Assembly: GCA_018817165.1 (NCBI GenBank)
Contig: JAHITY010000118.1
Location: 6,526 to 70,525 of the forward strand
Direction of reading: 5' to 3'
Length of the DNA: 64,000 nucleotides
Origin: Candidatus Omnitrophota bacterium
GTDB lineage: Bacteria; Omnitrophota; Gorgyraeia; B26-G9
In this document: positions 45,777 to 53,428 of the stretch, in pieces
How positions within the stretch are numbered: the first letter of the stretch is position 1
Layout: every line of letters starts with the position of its first letter
Translations under genes and position numbers: made by a program
The notes under the pieces: generated by a model
Databases searched by the model: none
Seen by the model: the letters and a program-made list of their open reading frames with translations, nothing else
What the model was told of the DNA's origin: nothing

Positions 45777-47034
45777 AATTATTATTGAAGGTGGAGTGCC
45801 GTTAAAAGGTAAGATTGAAGTTAGTGGCGCGAAAAACGCGGCATTGCCGATATTGGCGGCAACTCTGTTAACAGAAGAAAAATGTATTATTAAAAATGTG
45901 CCGGTACTAAGGGATGTTATGACTATGCTGAGAATTCTGCGTAGTTTAGGCGTTAAGACCCAAATGGAAGGCAATAAAGTAATTATAGAACCAAAAAGAT
46001 GCAATAGTTATATTGCTGATTACAAATTAGTCAGTACTATGAGAGCGTCTATTTGTGTGTTAGGCCCGTTGTTAGCTAAACAGAAACAGGCAAAGGTTTC
46101 AATGCCAGGTGGGTGTATTATTGGGCAGCGACCTGTTGATCTGCATATAAAAGGTTTGAGTGCTTTAGGCGCAAAGATCAAGATAGAACATGGGTATATT
46201 GATGCGCGGGCAAAGCAATTGCGCGGCGCAAATATTTTTCTTGGCGGAGCATATGGTTCTTCGGTTCTGGCTACATCTAATGTGCTGATGAGTGCATGTT
46301 TGGCTAAAGGAATAACCTTAATTGAAAATGCTGCTTGTGAGCCGGAAATTGTTGATCTGGCAAATTTTTTAATTAAGATGGGTGCAAAAATAAAAGGGCA
46401 GGGAACACCTCTGATTACGATTGAAGGTGTGAAAAAATTAAGCGGTGCGACGCATACTGTAATCCCGGACAGGATAGAAGCCGGAACATTTATTCTTGCT
46501 GCGATAATTACCGGCGGGGATTTAATTATTGAAAAAGCTCGCCCGGATCATTTATCCGCTTTATTTGATAAATTAAAACAGGTTGGGTGTAGCATTACGG
46601 TTCGGGGTGATACTATTTACGCTAAAAGAAAAACTGCTTTTTTAAAGCCTGTTGATATAACAACTATGCCTTATCCGGGTTTTCCGACTGATATGCAGGC
46701 TCAAATGATGGCATTAGCATCAATCAGCGATGGAATAAGTGTTTTGACGGAAAAGATATTTCCCGATAGGTTTATGCATGTTAGTGAGTTAAACCGCATG
46801 GGAGCAGGAATTTTTTTAGAAGGGGCAAGCGCTATTGTTAAAGGCGTAAAACGTCTGAGCGGTGCGCCGGTTATGGCTTCAGATTTAAGAGCTTCAGCTG
46901 CGCTGATTCTGGCTGGTTTGGTTGCTAAAGGTAAGACAGAAATTTCTCGTATTTATCATTTAGATCGAGGTTATGACAAGATAGAAGAGAAATTGCAAAA
47001 AGTTGGGGCAAGAATTAAAAGAGTAAAAGAATAA
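45769..47034 (+). CDS. murA: UDP-N-acetylglucosamine 1-carboxyvinyltransferase
   Basis: 421 aa with the EPSP-synthase fold and an active-site Cys in VSMPGGCIIGQRPVDLH. Confidence 0.9.
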   Translation: MDKIIIEGGVPLKGKIEVSGAKNAALPILAATLLTEEKCIIKNVPVLRDVMTMLRILRSLGVKTQMEGNKVIIEPKRCNSYIADYKLVSTMRASICVLGPLLAKQKQAKVSMPGGCIIGQRPVDLHIKGLSALGAKIKIEHGYIDARAKQLRGANIFLGGAYGSSVLATSNVLMSACLAKGITLIENAACEPEIVDLANFLIKMGAKIKGQGTPLITIEGVKKLSGATHTVIPDRIEAGTFILAAIITGGDLIIEKARPDHLSALFDKLKQVGCSITVRGDTIYAKRKTAFLKPVDITTMPYPGFPTDMQAQMMALASISDGISVLTEKIFPDRFMHVSELNRMGAGIFLEGASAIVKGVKRLSGAPVMASDLRASAALILAGLVAKGKTEISRIYHLDRGYDKIEEKLQKVGARIKRVKE

Positions 47035-47134
47035 ATGATTCCGAAAGTGTCTGCTAGGCCGCAGCCATTTCGGACTAAATTCGTGTTGGCTGACTTGACG
47101 TCGCGTAAATGCTCCGTAAGTCAGACACTCATTT
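47034..47134 (+). repeat. Family A structured repeat, copy 5, between murA and rpsP
   Basis: Carries paired GCGC to GTGT (5' arm) and GCGC to ACAC (3' arm) changes that keep the hairpin-2 pairing. Confidence 0.8.
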
Positions 47135-47244
47135 AAAGAGTAAAAGTATTATCCACGCCGAAAAACGGCGGGATTAAATTCGCACAGATAATTTATATTG
47201 CTAGAAACCACATAAATTATGTGCTCATTTGAGGAGGTGAAAAA

Positions 47245-47511
47245 GTGGCTGTTATTATTCGTTTATCGAGACTAGGAACAAAAGGAAAACCGCATCATAA
47301 GATTGTGGTTATAGACCAACATAGACCGAGAGATGGACGTTTTATTGAAGAAATTGGTTATTATAATGCTTCGATTAAACCAACATTGATGGAAGTTAAA
47401 GCTGATCGTGCTTTATATTGGATGAGTGTTGGAGCAAAACCAACTGGAACTGTAAAAAGAATATTTAAAAATAAAAAAATTCCTTTAAATGCTAAAAAGG
47501 AGACAAAATAG
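47245..47511 (+). CDS. rpsP: Ribosomal protein S16 (GTG start)
   Basis: MAVIIRLSRLGTKGKPHHKIVV. Confidence 0.85.
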   Translation: MAVIIRLSRLGTKGKPHHKIVVIDQHRPRDGRFIEEIGYYNASIKPTLMEVKADRALYWMSVGAKPTGTVKRIFKNKKIPLNAKKETK

Positions 47512-47816
47512 TGAAGCGTGCTATTTTATTTGTTTTTGTTTTATTTATGGTTTCTACTGTTTCTGGGTGTAAGACTTTTAATCAGTTTAGTAATCAGAAC
47601 AGAGATAGTGCGGCATTAAAAGGGGAAGAGTTAAACCTTGATAGTGATCAGGCCTATCTGTTGAGTACATGGTATCATAATGCAGTTTTATCTGAAGATG
47701 TGGGTGATTATAATGCAGCAATTATGTATTATGCGAAAATCGTTGAATATTTTCCGGAAACTGAAAAAGGCAGAATGGCCAACAAAAGGCTTAATGTGCT
47801 GAATAGAGCACATTAA
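47511..47816 (+). CDS. Small lipoprotein with a TPR-like helical region, in the position usually occupied by rimM/KH-domain genes
   Basis: Lipobox-like signal with a Cys (VSGCK), 101 aa. Confidence 0.4.
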   Translation: MKRAILFVFVLFMVSTVSGCKTFNQFSNQNRDSAALKGEELNLDSDQAYLLSTWYHNAVLSEDVGDYNAAIMYYAKIVEYFPETEKGRMANKRLNVLNRAH

Positions 47817-47852
47817 TATTGATATGTCGGTTAAGACAAAAATTATTAAAAT

Positions 47853-48545
47853 ATGAATATAGACGTGCTCACATTATTTCCGGAAATGTTTCCGGGAATT
47901 CTGAATGAATCTATTTTAAAAAGAGCTCAAGAAAATAAAAAAGCGAAAGTTTCTATACATGATATGCGCAATTGGACTCATGATGCGCGTAAGACTGTTG
48001 ATGATAAACCTTTTGGTGGCGGTCCAGGAATGGTGATTAAACCTGAACCTGTTTTTGAAGCTTGTGACGATCTTTGTAAAAAAAATTCGTATGTGATTTT
48101 ACTTACTCCGCAAGGGGAAAAATTTAATCAAGCAATGGCTAAAGAGCTATCATCTAAAAAACGCATTTTAATGATATGCGGACACTATGAAGGCTTTGAT
48201 GAGCGGATTAGAAAAATTGCGGATAAAGAAATTTCTATAGGGGATTATGTTTTGACTGGCGGAGAAATCCCCGCTATGGTGCTTATTGATGCAGTCATCA
48301 GACTGATACCAGGAGTTTTGGGGGAAGAATCTTCATTGGATGATGAGTCGTTTAATGATGGGCTGCTTGAATATCCTCAATATACCAGACCGAGAGTTTT
48401 TAGAGATATGGAAGTACCGCCAGTTCTTTTGTCTGGCGATCATAAAAAAGTAGCTAAATGGCGCAGTGAACAAGCATTAAAAAGAACTCAGGAAAAAAGA
48501 AAAGATTTATTAAAGGAGGAAATAAACAATGGTAAAGAAAAATAG
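47853..48545 (+). CDS. trmD: tRNA (guanine37-N1)-methyltransferase
   Basis: SPOUT fold motifs ([27 protein letters not shown]). Confidence 0.85.
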   Translation: MNIDVLTLFPEMFPGILNESILKRAQENKKAKVSIHDMRNWTHDARKTVDDKPFGGGPGMVIKPEPVFEACDDLCKKNSYVILLTPQGEKFNQAMAKELSSKKRILMICGHYEGFDERIRKIADKEISIGDYVLTGGEIPAMVLIDAVIRLIPGVLGEESSLDDESFNDGLLEYPQYTRPRVFRDMEVPPVLLSGDHKKVAKWRSEQALKRTQEKRKDLLKEEINNGKEK

Positions 48546-48879
48546 TGATCAGCCGAAAATAGTTGATTTTGGCCCTGGTGATACAGTTAAGGTTCATGTG
48601 AAAATTCAGGAAGAAGAAGGTAAAGTGCGTATTCAGACTTTTGAAGGAATTGTACTGAGAAAGCGCGGCGGCGGTGTTAGCGAAACTTTTACTGTGAGGA
48701 GAGTTTCTTATGGTGAAGGAGTTGAAAGAATTTTCCCTTTGCATTCTCCGATTATTGACAGAATCGAGCTTGTCAAAAAAGGAAAAGTTCGTAGAGCAAG
48801 ATTGTATTATTTACGCGATCGAAAAGGTAAAAAAGCAAAAGTAGAGGAAAAAAAGACATTTGTTACTGCTGAGGCTTAA
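48529..48879 (+). CDS. rplS: Ribosomal protein L19
   Basis: 116 aa, FxPGDxVxVxxxIxEG..RxQxFEGxV pattern. Confidence 0.85.
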   Translation: MVKKNSDQPKIVDFGPGDTVKVHVKIQEEEGKVRIQTFEGIVLRKRGGGVSETFTVRRVSYGEGVERIFPLHSPIIDRIELVKKGKVRRARLYYLRDRKGKKAKVEEKKTFVTAEA

Positions 48880-48885
48880 TTAAGC

Positions 48886-49488
48886 GTGTGGCGCATTGAG
48901 CAGTCTATTTTCGACCAAGGTTTTGAGTCTATTGCCGGAGTTGATGAGGCTGGCCGCGGTCCTTTAGCCGGACCAGTTGTTGCCGCGGCTGTTATTGTTC
49001 CTAAATTTTACGAATTTTCATCTAAGGTTACTGACTCTAAAAAATTGTCTGCTGCTCAGAGGCAGAGAGCATATGAAGAAATAATCGCTAAATGTATTTA
49101 CGCTTTTGCAGTTGTTGATGAAAATCAAATAGACAAGTATAATATTCTGCAGGCCAGCCTTTTGGCTATGGCTGATGCGATTCATAATCTTTCCCAAAAA
49201 CCAGAATGGGTTTTAATTGACGGAGTGCATAAACCCGCTTTGGAATTTCCCATGCAAGCGATAATTAAGGGGGATTCCTTGAGTATTTCAATCGCTAGTG
49301 CCTCAATTGTGGCTAAAGTTATAAGAGATAGTATCATGATTGAATTAGATCGGGAGTATCCTCAGTACGGTTTTGCAATTCATAAAGGCTATGGGACTAA
49401 ATCCCATTTACAATCTATATCTGCATATGGTCCATGCCCGATTCATCGTAAGACTTTCCAGCCGATAAAAGGTATTCTCAGTAAGTAG
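48886..49488 (+). CDS. rnhB: Ribonuclease HII (GTG start)
   Basis: [15 protein letters not shown] active-site motif. Confidence 0.85.
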   Translation: MWRIEQSIFDQGFESIAGVDEAGRGPLAGPVVAAAVIVPKFYEFSSKVTDSKKLSAAQRQRAYEEIIAKCIYAFAVVDENQIDKYNILQASLLAMADAIHNLSQKPEWVLIDGVHKPALEFPMQAIIKGDSLSISIASASIVAKVIRDSIMIELDREYPQYGFAIHKGYGTKSHLQSISAYGPCPIHRKTFQPIKGILSK

Positions 49489-49650
49489 TTTTCCTCTGGT
49501 TTCGAAGAATTCTCTCAAAATAAAATTTTATTAAAAGTTGGCATAATCAGTTAAAAAATGGTAAACTTTATTAATTTTTAATTGATTAAAAAAGCGCATA
49601 ACCTCATGCGATTAAAAGATAAATGAAATTTTTACTTTAACAGGTAATCT

Positions 49651-52600
49651 ATGCTTATAGGGAAAAAGTTTAAAATTATCAGAAAGACACTGGCATTATT
49701 TTGCCTGTGGGGTTTTCTTGGCCTAAACAATGCACTGGCCTTTAGCTTGCTGGATTATCCTAATCCGGATAATTTTTTGAGTCCGCAGCTGAACATTTCC
49801 ATTCCGCTTTTCATCGATGATTATCAAAAAGTTACAAAAGCTCCGCGTTGGCTTAGACCGGATATCGTGGGTTTATTTGGCGGCACCGGAGGTAATATTG
49901 CCGGCAATGTTTTAAGTTTTAGTGATTTAAATCAGTTTTTAACGGAAAAATTATTTGTCAGTTTTATTATCTCACCGCATGATGATGGCGGTTCTTCGGT
50001 TATTCTGCAGAGAATGTTATCTGAATATCTCGGGTATACGCTTTCTCCCGGTGACACAAACAATATATTCGCCGGGCTGACGAGTTATTTTAAAAAGCGG
50101 GTTCTTAGAACGCGTTTTGAAGAGAAGATCTCAGGAACGCTTTTACGTGATCAGTTAGAGAAAATTATCAGCAATACTGAAGCACTGGCTAAGCCAAGGC
50201 CTTTATTTATAGATGAACAAGAAGAAAAAACAGTGAGCAAGATAACGATCGAAGGTATTGACTATCCTGTGAGTTTTGACGCAAAGAATAACCGGTTTAT
50301 TTTTGATCAGGATAAAGAAGCCGGGATTAATCAGAAGCTAATATTTGGTAAGGAGCAATTTATAATCAAGCAATATGCGGGGAAAACAAAATTGTGTTTT
50401 ATCCCTGATGAGAATGATTCAGAAGCCTTAACTTCTGACTTAAAAACGGATTCCAACTGGGTAGAGTTTAAACAGCAAATCTTGGAACTTGCCCGGAGTT
50501 TTGATCAGGAGTTTATAAACCCGAAAATCAAAACTTTACCGGGAAAGGTTATTGATATCTCTTCTGGAAGCATGGGGAATTTTTTAATTGCCGCTAAGAT
50601 GATTCAAACCGGGGCTTATGATCCTAAAAGAAAAGATAAAATAGATCAGGATAAATATCACCAGGGGATTCAGGAATTGTGTGAAATGCTGGATATTGAT
50701 AATGGCTTTGTCAGCTGTTCGACTTTTGATCCGGCAACTTTGTATGCAAAACTTGCTTCAATTGCTATTGAAAAAGATGATAAAGCTTTATTGCTGGATG
50801 GAAATAATGAACAAGCGCTAAAAGAAAACGGGATTATAATCGATAAAATGGATCGGAGCAATGGGGTATTTGACATTTATTATGCTGGTTTGGAAAATAA
50901 TAAGCGTACCAAGTTTGGTTTAAAAATTCGGGAATATATTGAAGGCTATGTATATAGAAATAAACTCGGACGGGAAGACAGCTATTCAGAAGTGAGTCTG
51001 CCTTTAGATGTTTTAGAACGATATCCGGTTACGCTCAGCCATAATCGGCTTAGTTTGAATCTAAAGATCACGAATCAGAAAATAGTTGGGCTAGAATATG
51101 TAAAAAAAAAGGAAACTGTAAAAATTGATCAAGAGCAATTAGCGGAGTTTGAATCAGACGGACAGATTATTTTTGCTTTGCCGAAAGAGATTAGTTCGGC
51201 TTCAGAGGAATCAATCCGCAGCTTACCACGATTTTATATTGATGCAAAGTCAGGGAGCTTAAATATAGTTCTCGATACTAAGGGAATAGGCGTTGGGTTT
51301 TTAATAAATGGAGTGGAGTTAAAAATAAAAGGCCGCTTGGTTATTGAGCAGACAAATATAACCGAGGGTTTGCATCACAGCGGAATTGTTGATTTTGGTT
51401 TTTTAAATAATGTTAAGCCGCGGGTTAACAAGCATAGCCTTTTAGCAATTGCCAATGCTCCTTTGTTCATGATGGGGCCAGGCAGTCAGTATACAAGTTT
51501 AATGTCGTTGTTGCTTATTCCGGAAGTAGTCGTAGCTTTAAAACAAAGGGTTGCCAGCGGTAAAGAGAGTTTATTTATTTTTAATCCCTTAAGAGACAAT
51601 GAAACAGTGGATAGTCAAAGCGTAAGGGATATTATTAGAGCTGTTGAAAAGGTAACAGATGTGAGATTCGGGGAAATATTTAATTATGCGGTAGTGAGTG
51701 ACAGCGAAGGGTTGCAGGAAGATTTTGCCAAAGCTGAAGATGCTTTTAGGGGAGCATCATCTCCGGATTATATAGCGGCAAAACAATTATATGAAAAGTA
51801 TTCTAAGATGTACGGCTTAATGGATGAGATGAAAAATAAAAAATTATCAAATGCGAGAGAAGCATCGAGTTTTTCCAAGCTGGCAAAATACTCAAGAGGC
51901 CTTATTAGTTTTGATGAAAATGATTTAGACGCGCTGATAGACCAAGGTGTGGAAGTTTATAAAACAAAAGTTATTTTAAGCTCTCGGGAAGTTCGCAAAA
52001 AAGGAAAGGCCGAGAAGGAGGAGTCGATCAGATATGATAATGCGCAGATCGCGAATATTATTGATCAAATACTCTGGAGCCGGGGAGCTTTGTTTAAACA
52101 GGATGAAAAATTAGCCAGGCTCAGGCAGAAGCTTATTGACGAAAATTTTGATAGATATCCCGAGGGACTTTACGAAGCAATCAACCGGATAAGAAAGGAA
52201 GGGCTTTTAGGATCAAAAAGCCCCGCGGCTGCCGCACGCTATATCTTTGAACGCTTACAAAAAGAGGATTTTGCTTTATCTGATCAGCAGAGCAGAGCAT
52301 TATTAGATAAGAAGGTAATCATCACAAATCTCAAGCATACGCTTTGTGAGAAAGACGGAATTACGCCAAAAATAAAAAAAGAGTTAGAGGTGTTTTTAAG
52401 GAACAATGGTAAATTGATCGTTATCAGCGGTTTTGAAGTTCAAGAAATGAAGCAAAGGCTGCTTGATTCTCTGGATAAGAATTTATGGAGTTCAATTATT
52501 TTAGTAGCTAATTATGGAACAGAGGCATGGTACTGGGACCAGCAGCAGTCAAAATTAATGAACTTATTTAATTTTCACAAGGAAGCGGCGCTTAAAGATA

Positions 52601-53280
52601 CTCAAATAGCTAAATGGCAGCAAGTAGTGGATAATACTCTGCGGGAATATGCTTTGGATAGACCGCTTAGAGTTAAAGGCCAAGACGTGGATCAAACTAT
52701 TGCGAAAGTAGAAGATCGGGCAACGATGATTGCTTTGCGCTTGAGATCGCGAGCTTTTTTGAGCAGTTTAAATGCTATTAGCGAGGTAAACAAGCGCTTA
52801 AAAGAACAAGATCTGCCTCAGGTCAAAGCTGATGGGATTTTACGTACTCCGATGCTTGAGCGTTTAAATAATATGTTTGCCAAATATGATCTGCCGATAA
52901 GCGCTGTTTTGGGTGGAACCGGGACGATTAATACAATGGTTGAAAAAGCGGCGAATAAGGGCGATGTGATTCAGCGGGTATTATCGGCGGCAATAGATAA
53001 GGGCCTGCTGTTAAGAGAAAACCTTGAGCAAATCCTGATAATGGGTAAGGGCAATTATGAAATAGCCGAAAGGCTGCATGTGCCTTGGCTGGTGTTCCAG
53101 GTCCCGCGTCAATCCACTGAGCATACGATTGAATTTAAGAAAGGATATGGGGTTGGAGGTGCTGAGATATTTTTAGAAATTCTTAATTCGGTACAGGGGG
53201 CTTTGAATTCCTCAAAAATAGATGGTAAAAGCCGGAAGGATATCCAGGATAATGCGATGTTTATTGATCAGGCTATATAG
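49651..53280 (+). CDS. Large (1209 aa) signal-anchored protein with a highly expanded CofD/YvcK (UPF0052)-like domain and a ~580-aa C-terminal extension of unknown function
   Basis: Hydrophobic N-terminus, then the ordered family motifs GLFGGTGGN, HDDGGSSV...PGDTNN, SGSMGNFL and GPGSQYTSLMSLLLIPE, separated by insertions of ~190 and ~290 aa. Confidence 0.55.
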   Translation: MLIGKKFKIIRKTLALFCLWGFLGLNNALAFSLLDYPNPDNFLSPQLNISIPLFIDDYQKVTKAPRWLRPDIVGLFGGTGGNIAGNVLSFSDLNQFLTEKLFVSFIISPHDDGGSSVILQRMLSEYLGYTLSPGDTNNIFAGLTSYFKKRVLRTRFEEKISGTLLRDQLEKIISNTEALAKPRPLFIDEQEEKTVSKITIEGIDYPVSFDAKNNRFIFDQDKEAGINQKLIFGKEQFIIKQYAGKTKLCFIPDENDSEALTSDLKTDSNWVEFKQQILELARSFDQEFINPKIKTLPGKVIDISSGSMGNFLIAAKMIQTGAYDPKRKDKIDQDKYHQGIQELCEMLDIDNGFVSCSTFDPATLYAKLASIAIEKDDKALLLDGNNEQALKENGIIIDKMDRSNGVFDIYYAGLENNKRTKFGLKIREYIEGYVYRNKLGREDSYSEVSLPLDVLERYPVTLSHNRLSLNLKITNQKIVGLEYVKKKETVKIDQEQLAEFESDGQIIFALPKEISSASEESIRSLPRFYIDAKSGSLNIVLDTKGIGVGFLINGVELKIKGRLVIEQTNITEGLHHSGIVDFGFLNNVKPRVNKHSLLAIANAPLFMMGPGSQYTSLMSLLLIPEVVVALKQRVASGKESLFIFNPLRDNETVDSQSVRDIIRAVEKVTDVRFGEIFNYAVVSDSEGLQEDFAKAEDAFRGASSPDYIAAKQLYEKYSKMYGLMDEMKNKKLSNAREASSFSKLAKYSRGLISFDENDLDALIDQGVEVYKTKVILSSREVRKKGKAEKEESIRYDNAQIANIIDQILWSRGALFKQDEKLARLRQKLIDENFDRYPEGLYEAINRIRKEGLLGSKSPAAAARYIFERLQKEDFALSDQQSRALLDKKVIITNLKHTLCEKDGITPKIKKELEVFLRNNGKLIVISGFEVQEMKQRLLDSLDKNLWSSIILVANYGTEAWYWDQQQSKLMNLFNFHKEAALKDTQIAKWQQVVDNTLREYALDRPLRVKGQDVDQTIAKVEDRATMIALRLRSRAFLSSLNAISEVNKRLKEQDLPQVKADGILRTPMLERLNNMFAKYDLPISAVLGGTGTINTMVEKAANKGDVIQRVLSAAIDKGLLLRENLEQILIMGKGNYEIAERLHVPWLVFQVPRQSTEHTIEFKKGYGVGGAEIFLEILNSVQGALNSSKIDGKSRKDIQDNAMFIDQAI

Positions 53281-53350
53281 ATTGTTTGATTTTATTGGTT
53301 AAACAAGTATCTTTAACTAGTAAATATAATATTTGCAATGCTTTAGCTTT

Positions 53351-53379
53351 TTGCTTTTTAGCTGACTTTATGGTATAAT
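53351..53379 (+). promoter_or_regulatory. Putative promoter for the RelA/SpoT-homolog gene: TTGCTT, a 17-nt spacer, and an extended -10 TGgTATAAT
   Basis: TTGCTT at 53351-53356 and TATAAT at 53374-53379, preceded by TG. Confidence 0.45.
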
Positions 53380-53428
53380 TTATAAGTTTTTAAAAAGACT
53401 TATAAAACAAATATGATAGGTGTGATTC

